Of a stretch of DNA of 64,000 bases, positions 29,753 to 38,484 are shown one piece after another. Within the stretch, counting starts at the first letter, position 1; the number at the start of each line of letters is the position of its first letter. Under the pieces are notes generated by a model. The model saw nothing but the letters and a program-made list of their open reading frames with translations. It made no database searches and was not told where the DNA came from. The position numbers and the translations under genes are program-made. Origin of the DNA: Balneolales bacterium (GTDB lineage: Bacteria; Bacteroidota; Rhodothermia; Balneolales; Natronogracilivirgulaceae); the NCBI GenBank assembly GCA_007132975.1, contig SLNO01000016.1:1600-65599 (forward strand). Direction: 5' to 3'.

Positions 29753-29867
29753 GATGTAACGTAATCTGGTGGCTTAAAATGCAAAATATCAGATGTTTTA
29801 TTCGCTTATGCCGGATATTACCTTAATGGACAGATCTGACAACTAAAAAATGGGGGGGGGATGCGGA

Positions 29868-31301
29868 TCACTGCCCGGCCGGCAGGCGGACCAGCGGATC
29901 CGGATATTCAAAGACAAAGAGCCTTTGCAGTTCATCACTGACAAGATAGATACGGTCAAGAGAGCGAATGATCGCAATTCCTTCAAGGTCTGGCCAACCG
30001 GCGTCAAAGGCAGCTAGCGGGCGCCCGGTGCGGTCCAGCACAAAAACAGCCCGCGCCTCGTCACTGACCAGCCAAAGAATGTCGTCGATTTCATCAAAGA
30101 ACAGACCCGACAGATCAAGTCCGCGCGCATCTTCGGGGGCGCCAAGGTCCATGTACGTACGCCTTATCTCCTGCCGTTCAGATCCGCGCAGTACATCCAG
30201 CTCGAGCAGCACACGCGGGTTCTTCTCGTTGACGACGAAGATATGGTTTGTGGATGGATCGATCGTGATACCCTCCAGGCCGTCGTTCTCTCTGCGGACT
30301 TCCACATCCACCGGAAAACGGGCAATTTCATTGCCGAGTGTATCAAATTGCACGATCTGCCTGAGCTTTTCCTCCACAACGAACAGGGACAGGTTCACGG
30401 GGTGTTGCGTTATGCCTTCCATATCATCGCCGCGCACCCGCAATCTGTCAACTATCCGCCCTCGCAGGTCAATTTTGTAAATACTGCCACCGGGATCGTC
30501 ACTTATGGTCCAGAAATACCTGCCGGTGTGGTCGACAGCCAGGCCGGACGGGTCGCTTATGTTGAGCTGGTACGATTCAATGAGCGTCAGGGACTGGAGC
30601 CGACTTGGCTCTCCGGGTGTGGGTTCGTTCATCGGGACAAGAAATCCACGGTGGTCCCATCCAAAATCGTAACGACCCAGCGAGATGTCGTATGCCACAT
30701 CTTCGGAGCGGTAAGAGAGCGTATCCACAATCGGTTTGCCGGAGGCTTCAGGCCCGTACAGGCCAATTTTCCCGCCTTCTATCGGCAGCACAAACGGCAG
30801 ATGGATGGCTTCGCCGGGGTGCTGCTGTCCTCCTGCCCAGAGCAGCAGATAGCCACGCGGCGGTATGGTGGTCTGATCCGGCAGCGTGCCGAATCGCAGG
30901 TCCTGCATCGAATACTCCACGGCGGTGCTGTTGGATGCCGGCCGAAAGCCTACCACCCATCCGGAGAGGTCCACCGTGTTGTTCTCGCGGTTGTGCAGCT
31001 CAATCCACCCGCTGTAAGCGTTGAAATCAGGGTCGGCCAGGGTCTCCTGCTGACGTACCATCACCTCGCTGATGACGACATCGCGCTGCTGAAACGCTGG
31101 CTGGGACGGCGAGTCTCCACTATTACTGTCATCATCTGATCCATTCCCCTCTTCCTGGTCGTTTTCCCGGGTATCGTTGATTGCGTCAGCACTTTCAGAA
31201 TGATTGCCGTCCGGACCGGTGACAGGATCCGAACAAGCAACTAGCAGTGAAAACAAGATCAAATATATCAATGGTATGCCGGAATAGGGATTGGAAATCA
31301 T
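29868..31301 (-). CDS. lamin-tail-domain (LTD) plus SdiA-regulated/phytase-like beta-propeller protein, lipoprotein
   Basis: Lipobox LLVACS. LTD pattern VVISEVMV...SGWIELHNRENNTVDLSGWVV...PPRGYLLLWAGG. C-terminal repeats with LEGIT/MEGIT motifs, as in SdiA-regulated domains. Confidence 0.7.
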   Translation of the reverse strand: MISNPYSGIPLIYLILFSLLVACSDPVTGPDGNHSESADAINDTRENDQEEGNGSDDDSNSGDSPSQPAFQQRDVVISEVMVRQQETLADPDFNAYSGWIELHNRENNTVDLSGWVVGFRPASNSTAVEYSMQDLRFGTLPDQTTIPPRGYLLLWAGGQQHPGEAIHLPFVLPIEGGKIGLYGPEASGKPIVDTLSYRSEDVAYDISLGRYDFGWDHRGFLVPMNEPTPGEPSRLQSLTLIESYQLNISDPSGLAVDHTGRYFWTISDDPGGSIYKIDLRGRIVDRLRVRGDDMEGITQHPVNLSLFVVEEKLRQIVQFDTLGNEIARFPVDVEVRRENDGLEGITIDPSTNHIFVVNEKNPRVLLELDVLRGSERQEIRRTYMDLGAPEDARGLDLSGLFFDEIDDILWLVSDEARAVFVLDRTGRPLAAFDAGWPDLEGIAIIRSLDRIYLVSDELQRLFVFEYPDPLVRLPAGQ

Positions 31302-31429
31302 GAGTGAAATGGGAAATACAAAAAAACTACTTGATTTTAAGCAATTGTATTCTTTACATTTGCTGATTATACACTGTTATTTCGTTAGAATAACCGGACT
31401 GTAAAATACAAAATAGATAAGTATAAAGA

Positions 31430-31516
31430 ATGACGATGTTCCACCATTTCTGCATTGTAACCATGATGTGTTGTATGCCTGGCATTGCTGATGGTGGTGG
31501 TCTCTCCGTGACTTAG
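31430..31516 (+). CDS. candidate Cys/Met-rich leader peptide (28 codons) of the cysI operon
   Basis: My own translation; it falls below the ORF-track cutoff. The peptide is MTMFHHFCIVTMMCCMPGIADGGGLSVT*, with 3 Cys and 5 Met. The inverted repeat CCACCAT/ATGGTGG brackets the Cys/Met codons. Confidence 0.5.
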   Translation: MTMFHHFCIVTMMCCMPGIADGGGLSVT

Positions 31517-31544
31517 TCACACACGTTATAGTGTTTGAATTTAG

Positions 31545-31580
31545 AAGCCCGCTGCCATCCTGGTTGCGGGCTTTTTTTTT
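31545..31580 (+). terminator. intrinsic terminator (attenuator candidate) upstream of cysI
   Basis: AAGCCCGCTGCCATCCTGGTTGCGGGC followed by T9. There is no upstream plus-strand gene for it to terminate. Confidence 0.75.
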
Positions 31581-31751
31581 GTCCGCCGCCAGCCCTGAAT
31601 GCGGCACTGACAAAACCGACCCGATGAATACAACTGCAGATGGACATGGTGATATTTGAATCAGATCGGCATGCAGTTTAACGGATTACAGATATCAACG
31701 GACAACAACCAAACTGACAATAAAAAAGCAACAACCAAACAGACTACACCA

Positions 31752-33440
31752 ATGACAAAAAAAAGCAGCAAGGTGGAACTGATCAAAGAGGAGAGCGGTA
31801 ATCTCCGGGGGGATCTGGCCACGCAACTTCACAACGGTCAAAACTATTTCGACAAGAACGCAATACAGATCCTGAAATTTCATGGTATTTACCAGCAGGA
31901 TGACCGGGATCTGCGTCGTATCAAAGGTCGGGACAAAGAGTGGAGTTTCATGATACGCAGCCGCATTCCCGGCGGTGGATTAACGGCCACGCAATATCTG
32001 GCCCATGACCGGCTGGCCGATACATACGCAAATGGAACCATTCGCCTGACAACCCGCCAGACAATCCAGTTCCATGGAGTGGTCAGGGGTGACCTTTCAT
32101 CCACGCTCCGGGAACTGCATGATGAGATGATCATTGCCCTTGGCGCTTGTGGCGACATTGTCCGCAATGTGATGTGCTGCCCGGCGCCGGCTGGATCCAG
32201 GACAGACCACGTCATTCAGGAGTATGCACAAAAGCTTTCCGACCATCTGCTCCCGCGCAGCAAGGCTTATTACGAAATATGGATCGACGGGGAAAAAGCC
32301 GGGTCCAGCCAGCAGAACGACCCTGAGCATGAACCGCTGTACGGGAAAAACTACCTCCCCCGCAAATTCAAGATCGGTATTGCCTGGCCCGGTGACAACT
32401 GTGTCGACGTTTTCACGCACGATATCGGACTGGTTGCCACAATAAATGACCATGACGAACTGCAGGGCTTCACCATTCTTGTTGGCGGAGGCATGGGCAT
32501 GAACCACAAGAAGAAAGAGACCTTCCCGCGCCTGGCCGACCCCCTTGCCTGGGTGCCGCATGAGGAGGTCATCGATGTGGTGACGCACATTGTGGCGATA
32601 CAGCGGGATTACGGCGACCGGGAAAACAGGAAGCATGCCCGATTCAAATACCTGATTGATGAGTGGGGCATCCCGAAGTTCAAAAAGGAACTGGAGGATA
32701 GGCTCGGTTACCGCCTTGCACCACCTCTTGACCTCGGCGACATGCGTCCGGAACTGCACCTTGGCTGGAACCGCCAGGCTGACGGACGCTGGTATCTGGG
32801 AATATCCGTGGAAAACGGACGCATCAAGGATACGCCGGAAATCCGGCTCAAGACCGGTCTGCGGGAGATCATCAGGCGATTCGGGACGGATGTCCGGCTC
32901 ACTCCCAACCAGGACATCCTACTGACAAACATTTCAGAGGAAGATCAGCATGCCATTGAGCAGATGATCCGCGAACACAACATACCGCACGATTACACGC
33001 TCAGCAATGCCCGGAGATACTCAATGGCCTGCCCTGCCCTGCCCACTTGCGGTTTGGCAGTTGCCGAGTCGGAGCGGGTCTTTCCAGGGATCATCCGCGA
33101 ACTGGAACAGGTCCTGGAGGAGTTGGGTCTGGACAAGGAAGTCATCACATTCCGGATGACCGGCTGCCCGAACGGATGCGCGCGCCCCTACGTGGCCGAT
33201 ATCGGGTTCGTGGGACACTCCATGAATAAATATGACATTTTCATCGGCGGTGACCCTGCCGGAAGAAGGCTCAACAGCCTGTATCGCGGGCTTGTACCGC
33301 TGGAGGAACTGGTTGAAACCGTGAAAACCCTTCTGGTTCAGTATCAAAATGAAAGGTACGAAGGCGAAAAATTCGGTGACTACGTCGCCCGTGTCAACCT
33401 TGTTGACGAAACCAACCAGATTAGCGAGGCAGGCTCATGA
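31752..33440 (+). CDS. cysI: assimilatory sulfite reductase hemoprotein (CysI/Sir type)
   Basis: N-terminus MTKKSSKVELIKEESGNLRG matches the CysI start pattern as I recall it. Siroheme/4Fe-4S cysteines MACPALPTCGLA and MTGCPNGCARP. The track ORF starts at a TTG at 31656. Confidence 0.92.
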   Translation: MTKKSSKVELIKEESGNLRGDLATQLHNGQNYFDKNAIQILKFHGIYQQDDRDLRRIKGRDKEWSFMIRSRIPGGGLTATQYLAHDRLADTYANGTIRLTTRQTIQFHGVVRGDLSSTLRELHDEMIIALGACGDIVRNVMCCPAPAGSRTDHVIQEYAQKLSDHLLPRSKAYYEIWIDGEKAGSSQQNDPEHEPLYGKNYLPRKFKIGIAWPGDNCVDVFTHDIGLVATINDHDELQGFTILVGGGMGMNHKKKETFPRLADPLAWVPHEEVIDVVTHIVAIQRDYGDRENRKHARFKYLIDEWGIPKFKKELEDRLGYRLAPPLDLGDMRPELHLGWNRQADGRWYLGISVENGRIKDTPEIRLKTGLREIIRRFGTDVRLTPNQDILLTNISEEDQHAIEQMIREHNIPHDYTLSNARRYSMACPALPTCGLAVAESERVFPGIIRELEQVLEELGLDKEVITFRMTGCPNGCARPYVADIGFVGHSMNKYDIFIGGDPAGRRLNSLYRGLVPLEELVETVKTLLVQYQNERYEGEKFGDYVARVNLVDETNQISEAGS

Positions 33441-34435
33441 TCCACAAAATAGATGCTCGCACCCATCCTAATTCCGCGGACAGATCCATTGAATCGCCGG
33501 GCGGGCTGCAAACGGTCACCTTGACATTCAAAAAGAACAAACCTGCGCCGGGCACGGTATACATTGCAGGTGCAGGTCCGGGCGATCCGGAACTGATGAC
33601 GGTCAAAGCCATGCGGGTGCTGCAGTCGGCCGATGTGGTTGTTTTCGACCGGCTGGTTAATCCGTTGCTTTTGAATGAGATTCGTCCCGATGCACGGAAA
33701 ATCAGTGTCGGCAAGAAACCCGGCAGAGCCTCGGTTTCACAAACCGAGATCAACCGGATACTGGTAACGGAAGCCCGCATGGGGCAGACCGTGCTTCGGC
33801 TGAAAGGCGGCGATCCGTTTGTCTTCGGCCGGGGCGGCGAGGAGTGCCTTGAACTTGCCGCGGAGGGCATCCCATTCGAAGTAATACCAGGAATCAGCAG
33901 CGTGACGGGTGCCACCGCCTATGCCGGAATCCCCCTTACTATGCGCAACCTGGCCACCGGCTTCAGTGTAATAAGTGGCCATCTGCATCCAGACAGCCCG
34001 GAATACGACTGGCAGGCGCTCTCTCAAACCCCGACCCTGGTTATCCTGATGGGAGCTCGCAACCTGAACCTCATCATCGATCGGCTCACGATCCACGGTA
34101 AAGACGGCGATACGCCCATTGCACTGATACACGAAGGTACCACGGCTCGGCAGCAGGTTACGACCGGCAGACTGTCGGATATCCACACGAAGTGTTCTGA
34201 AGTGCGTTCCCCTGTGCTGATTGTCATCGGCGAAGTGGTCCGTTTTCGTGAAGAAATAGCCTGGTTCCAGCCGGGAACGATTACCGAAGATATCCGCGAT
34301 GCTCCGGAAGCCAGTTACCCGAAACAGGTCAAGGCCACGGTTGATGCCGCTGTTCAGGCACGGGCCGTATCCTCAGCTCAGGCGAAGTCCATCCATCCAA
34401 CTAAACACACCTCAAAAACTGCAGCATCCCCATGA
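33437..34435 (+). CDS. cobA: uroporphyrinogen-III C-methyltransferase (SUMT) with C-terminal extension
   Basis: VYIAGAGPGDPELMTVKAMRVLQSADVVVFDRLV and RLKGGDPFVFGRGGEE. Its ATG overlaps the cysI stop (ATGA at 33437-33440). Confidence 0.92.
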   Translation: MIHKIDARTHPNSADRSIESPGGLQTVTLTFKKNKPAPGTVYIAGAGPGDPELMTVKAMRVLQSADVVVFDRLVNPLLLNEIRPDARKISVGKKPGRASVSQTEINRILVTEARMGQTVLRLKGGDPFVFGRGGEECLELAAEGIPFEVIPGISSVTGATAYAGIPLTMRNLATGFSVISGHLHPDSPEYDWQALSQTPTLVILMGARNLNLIIDRLTIHGKDGDTPIALIHEGTTARQQVTTGRLSDIHTKCSEVRSPVLIVIGEVVRFREEIAWFQPGTITEDIRDAPEASYPKQVKATVDAAVQARAVSSAQAKSIHPTKHTSKTAASP

Positions 34436-34547
34436 AAAAAGTTCATGAAGTGCCACGAACACGGTCGCATCCCTCTGGCACACATGGGAATGATCACATC
34501 CTGCCAAGTGAAACCACTCTAACCAAAAAATTCAAAGTTTTAAATTC

Positions 34548-35261
34548 ATGCAATTGAACGACCGGCTGATCAGCAATCTCAACGATGAATACAAGGGCAG
34601 CGACCCGGCGCGGATCTTGGAATGGGCCGTCAAAACATTCGGTGAAGACGCGGTTTTGTCCACCGGATTCGGGGCCTCGGGCATTGTCCTGATGCACCAG
34701 CTGTCGATCGTGCGTCCGGGCGCACCGGTGTTTTATCTGGATACGGACCTCCTTTTCGACGAAACCTATGAGCTGATCGAACGGATCCGGGAGCGCCTGG
34801 ATATCCGGCTGTTCCGTGTCAGTCCAGAACACACCCTCGATCAGCAGACTGCGGAATTCGGTGAAAATCTGTGGGAAACCCGGCCCGACCAGTGCTGCCA
34901 TATCCGCAAAGTGCTGCCCTTGAAGAAGTTCCTCAGCGACCGCAAAGCGTGGATCACTGCCATCCGCAGGGACCAGTCCGCAACACGAAAAAACACCCCG
35001 ATTTTTCAACAGGATCACTGGCTGGATGTTCTCAAGGTGTGTCCGCTGGCCGGCTGGACCGAGGACAAGATATGGGACTATCTGAACGTCAACCGACTTC
35101 CTTACAACGAGCTGCACGACCGGGGCTACCCGAGCATCGGATGCCGGCCCTGTACCCGTCCGGCAGCAACCAACGGGGACCTTCGTGCCGGAAGATGGTC
35201 GGGCACGGCCAAGACAGAGTGCGGTCTTCACAATCGAATCATTCAACCCACGGATCAATGA
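34548..35261 (+). CDS. cysH: (phospho)adenylylsulfate reductase, Fe-S cluster (APS-reductase-like) type
   Basis: Contains the C-terminal catalytic KTECGLH motif. Also carries the cluster cysteines CC (PDQCCHIRKVLPL) and CxxC (SIGCRPCT). Confidence 0.9.
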   Translation: MQLNDRLISNLNDEYKGSDPARILEWAVKTFGEDAVLSTGFGASGIVLMHQLSIVRPGAPVFYLDTDLLFDETYELIERIRERLDIRLFRVSPEHTLDQQTAEFGENLWETRPDQCCHIRKVLPLKKFLSDRKAWITAIRRDQSATRKNTPIFQQDHWLDVLKVCPLAGWTEDKIWDYLNVNRLPYNELHDRGYPSIGCRPCTRPAATNGDLRAGRWSGTAKTECGLHNRIIQPTDQ

Positions 35262-35947
35262 CATTCTACCCGGTATATCTCACTCGCCTGGACCGGAAGA
35301 CAGTAGTACTCCTCGGAGGCAACCATGAAGCGGAGCGAAAAGCCGTTGAACTCCTCTCATTCGGCGCCAAAGTGCATCTCATCAGCCCGCGGATTACCCT
35401 TGCGCTCAGACAGCTCCATGAGCAGGGAAAATTCCGTTGGACTCCAAGGGAATACCGCTACGGGGATCTGGTGGATGCCGGTTTTGCCGTGGCGGCCGAC
35501 TATTCTCCGGAGACGGCGCGGGAATTTGCCAGGGAGGCGGAAGACCGCAACATTCTGGTGAACGTCATGGACAACATGCCGCTGTCCGATTCGGCCTTCG
35601 GCTCCGTTGTGCGGCAGGGCAAACTGACCGTTTCATTTTCGACCGGCGGTCTGGCACCCGCCCTGGCAGTCCGGCTGAAGGAACGGTTTGAGCGTGAGCT
35701 GGACGATGCCTACGGCCGGTTCCTGGACCTGGCCGGCATGCTGCGTCCGGCCATCATGGAGCACATCGAAGACGGGGAACTGCGTAAAAAGAAGTGGTAT
35801 GAATGGGTGGATTCCGGAACCATTTCAGCGCTTCGCGAAGGCGACGAGCAGCAGGCCATGGCTATCACTGCGGATATCTGGGGGGACGAGGTCATGCAAC
35901 GGGCAGGAATCCCGGCCGCGAAATACAGCTCCGGGCATTCCTTGTAA
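35258..35947 (+). CDS. precorrin-2 dehydrogenase / sirohydrochlorin ferrochelatase (CysG N-terminal domain / SirC-Met8 type)
   Basis: 229 aa starting MTFYPVYLTRLDRKTVVLLGGNHEAERK, with NILVNVMD and LTVSFSTGGLAPALAVRLK. Its ATG overlaps the cysH stop (ATGA at 35258-35261). The first 129 codons of the track ORF (34871-) are an out-of-frame overlap with cysH. Confidence 0.8.
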   Translation: MTFYPVYLTRLDRKTVVLLGGNHEAERKAVELLSFGAKVHLISPRITLALRQLHEQGKFRWTPREYRYGDLVDAGFAVAADYSPETAREFAREAEDRNILVNVMDNMPLSDSAFGSVVRQGKLTVSFSTGGLAPALAVRLKERFERELDDAYGRFLDLAGMLRPAIMEHIEDGELRKKKWYEWVDSGTISALREGDEQQAMAITADIWGDEVMQRAGIPAAKYSSGHSL

Positions 35948-36005
35948 CGTTGCTTGCAGCATTTCTTGTAACATTCCTTGCAGCATTCCCATCGGTCGGT
36001 TCTGG

Positions 36006-37394
36006 TCAGCGGTGCCATTTCCATCTGATGCCGGACCATACCCCAAGCACCATGGCCAGAGTGAATACCCAACCCGACAAGGCAAATGCTGAAATGCCTG
36101 ACAGTGTAGTCCCAATGGTGCATCCCAGGGAGATCATAGCCCCTAAACCCAACAGTACGCCGCCGGCAAAACCCTTCAGCGCTTTCGTGGCGGTCAGCCG
36201 ACTGAGCCTGAACCGGCCGGAAAGCAAAGCGGCAATCAGGGAGCCGGCTACCAGAGCAACTACGAATATCCCGTTGCCAGTCAGCACTTCAGGAGCTGCG
36301 GCGGTGCTGCACCCTGCAAATCCATCCAGTCCCTCCAGCCGGTCGGGCAGCAGATCGAACCGGTTGCCGAGTTGCCGGGAATAACGGCCCAGTTCGGCAG
36401 TTACACCGAGCGGTTCCACACGCAGATAGGCGATCATGGACAGCAGCCCGACCACAACCCCGCCGACCCACGTCGGCCAAAGCTCCACAAAAACCCGGCT
36501 CCACACACTGGAAAGTGACAACGTGCCACTGTCTGGCGAAACAGGCTGACCGCCCCCGGAATATGACGGGTCACTGCAATCCGCAAATGCCGATGATTTT
36601 TGAGTAGATGGATGCTCAGATTGCTTTGAAGCCAAATCCGACTGGGTGGGTGCATCGTCAAAATGGGTGGATGCGGCCGATGTCTGGCCAGTTGCCGCAG
36701 TAGCCTGCCCGAATGCCGCCGGATCACAGCCTGTATCGCCGGACGGTTTTGCTTCCGGATCCGGCCGGAACCGGATCAGAAGCCACAGCTTGAGTGATAG
36801 CAGCACTGCCAGTTGTACCAGGGTCCATACGGCATAGCCGCCATACTCCGGCAGCCATATGACCGGTGAGGTGGAAATGGTCGCGACATAGAGCCGGTTC
36901 CAGACCATGAACCCCAGAATGAAGCCGGCCGCAGACCCGGCCAGGGCAAACGGTGCAACGCTGTACCCCTCGCCAAGCCGGTAGAGGTGTGCGCTGATGC
37001 ACGATCCGGAAAGCGCCATCCCCCACCCGAACAGCAAACCGCCAAGGAGCAAATGCCAGCTTACAGGTCCAATGTGCGCATCCTGGGGCAGATATCCAGC
37101 TGACGGATCGGCAATCCAGTTTCCAAAAAGCACGACATAACCGATACTCCCAACAAGCAGTGCTGCTAACAGCCCGGCTGCCGGCCTGCCATCGCCAAAT
37201 TCAAACAGATCGCGCAACACACAAAAAAAGCAGAACCGGGATCTTTGCAGCACCAGTCCGAAAAGGGCACCCGTCACAATCAGGAACGGAGCTCTTGAGC
37301 CATGCTGCCCGCTGCTGCCGGCAAGGTACCAGAAACCGACAAGCAGCAAGAGCATGGTGGCAGCGCCGATATGGCGCCATATTGAAACATTCAT
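36006..37394 (-). CDS. fused double YeeE/YedE-family sulfur-compound (thiosulfate-type) permease
   Basis: Two YeeE/YedE halves, with GWGMALSGSCISAH in the first and GLGAMISLGCTIG in the second. They are joined by a ~110-aa low-complexity linker. Confidence 0.8.
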   Translation of the reverse strand: MNVSIWRHIGAATMLLLLVGFWYLAGSSGQHGSRAPFLIVTGALFGLVLQRSRFCFFCVLRDLFEFGDGRPAAGLLAALLVGSIGYVVLFGNWIADPSAGYLPQDAHIGPVSWHLLLGGLLFGWGMALSGSCISAHLYRLGEGYSVAPFALAGSAAGFILGFMVWNRLYVATISTSPVIWLPEYGGYAVWTLVQLAVLLSLKLWLLIRFRPDPEAKPSGDTGCDPAAFGQATAATGQTSAASTHFDDAPTQSDLASKQSEHPSTQKSSAFADCSDPSYSGGGQPVSPDSGTLSLSSVWSRVFVELWPTWVGGVVVGLLSMIAYLRVEPLGVTAELGRYSRQLGNRFDLLPDRLEGLDGFAGCSTAAAPEVLTGNGIFVVALVAGSLIAALLSGRFRLSRLTATKALKGFAGGVLLGLGAMISLGCTIGTTLSGISAFALSGWVFTLAMVLGVWSGIRWKWHR

Positions 37395-37415
37395 GAATCA
37401 GTCCGGATTTTGCGA

Positions 37416-38330
37416 TTATTTACCGGTCCAGACCGTTCCCGCGGGATTGTCGATAGGAACGCCCACTGCGTTGCCGTATTCCGTCCACGATCCGTCGTAG
37501 TTCCTTGTTTCGTATCCCAGAAGGAAGTGAAGGGCGAACCAGGTGTGGCTGGACCGCTCCCCGATCCGGCAGTAGGTAATCACCGGCTTGCTGCCGTCGA
37601 TACCCTTTTCGGCATAGATCTTCCGTATCTGCTCCCTTGGCAGGAACGTGCCATCCTGCGGATTGACGATTTCACCCCAGGGCACATTAACGGCACCGGG
37701 TATGTGACCGGCCCTGATGGCCAGCTCCTGGATCCCCTCCGGAGCAATCACACGTCCCTCGTACTCCGCTCTCGAACGGATGTCAATGAGCGCGCCGGGT
37801 TGATCCTCCTTGACCACGGCAAGCACATCCTGAAGATTGGCACGAAGATGATCGTTGATCTGTGTGACGCGGTAGTCGGTGCGGGTGTAAGACGCCGGTC
37901 GCGAACTGAGTGGCCGGCGCTCGCGCTCCCACTTATCGCGGCCTCCATCCAGGATTTTGATGTTATCATGTCCGTAGATGGTGAAGACCCAGGCACCCCA
38001 GGCAGCAAACCAGTTGTTGTGGTCGCCGTACAGGACAACGGTGGTCTCATTGGAAATGCCGCTTCCGGACAACAGTTCCGCGAATTTTTCCGGTGAAACA
38101 ATATCGCGGCGAACCGGATCCACAAGGTCCGTATGCCAGCGGAAGTTGACTGCGCCGGGAATGTGCCCGCGTTCGAACTTTCCGGGCTCCACACTTACTT
38201 CTACAAACCTGACATCCGGGTTGTTGAGGTTCTGGGCCGCCCAATCCGTGGATACGACCGGCTCTGATGGCCGGGCCTGAATGTTCACGGCAAATAGGAG
38301 AGCGATAATGAGTATGCTGTATTTTTTCAT
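37416..38330 (-). CDS. exported tandem-rhodanese thiosulfate sulfurtransferase
   Basis: Signal peptide MKKYSILIIALLFAVNIQA, two rhodanese domains, and active-site loop YCRIGERSSHTW. Confidence 0.88.
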   Translation of the reverse strand: MKKYSILIIALLFAVNIQARPSEPVVSTDWAAQNLNNPDVRFVEVSVEPGKFERGHIPGAVNFRWHTDLVDPVRRDIVSPEKFAELLSGSGISNETTVVLYGDHNNWFAAWGAWVFTIYGHDNIKILDGGRDKWERERRPLSSRPASYTRTDYRVTQINDHLRANLQDVLAVVKEDQPGALIDIRSRAEYEGRVIAPEGIQELAIRAGHIPGAVNVPWGEIVNPQDGTFLPREQIRKIYAEKGIDGSKPVITYCRIGERSSHTWFALHFLLGYETRNYDGSWTEYGNAVGVPIDNPAGTVWTGK

Positions 38331-38484
38331 CTGTTTTTTTCTGGTTGGTTGTTGTTTCTATTTGTTGATTGGTTGGTTGCTTGTGATTCTTGTTTTGTCT
38401 GATGTTGCCAAACATTTTTGTTGGCGAGTGGTTTGTTGGTGATTGATTGAAATTGTTTCAAGGAGCTGCCGATATCCTCTCCGA

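Noticed and set aside
31377-31613. 78-aa minus-strand ORF covering the cysI upstream region.
   Set aside because: It has no motif and runs antisense through the terminator hairpin and T/A runs. The plus-strand leader-plus-terminator interpretation explains the sequence better.
31380-31650. Possible SAM or other sulfur-related riboswitch upstream of cysI.
   Set aside because: I could not find the conserved S-box/SAM-I core or any other riboswitch core I recognise. The region is better described as a short ORF plus terminator. An Infernal/Rfam scan should still be run.
34871-35257. N-terminal 129 codons of the 358-aa track ORF 34871-35947.
   Set aside because: This part overlaps cysH out of frame. 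The recognisable SirC/CysG-N homology begins at the ATG at 35258, which overlaps the cysH stop codon.
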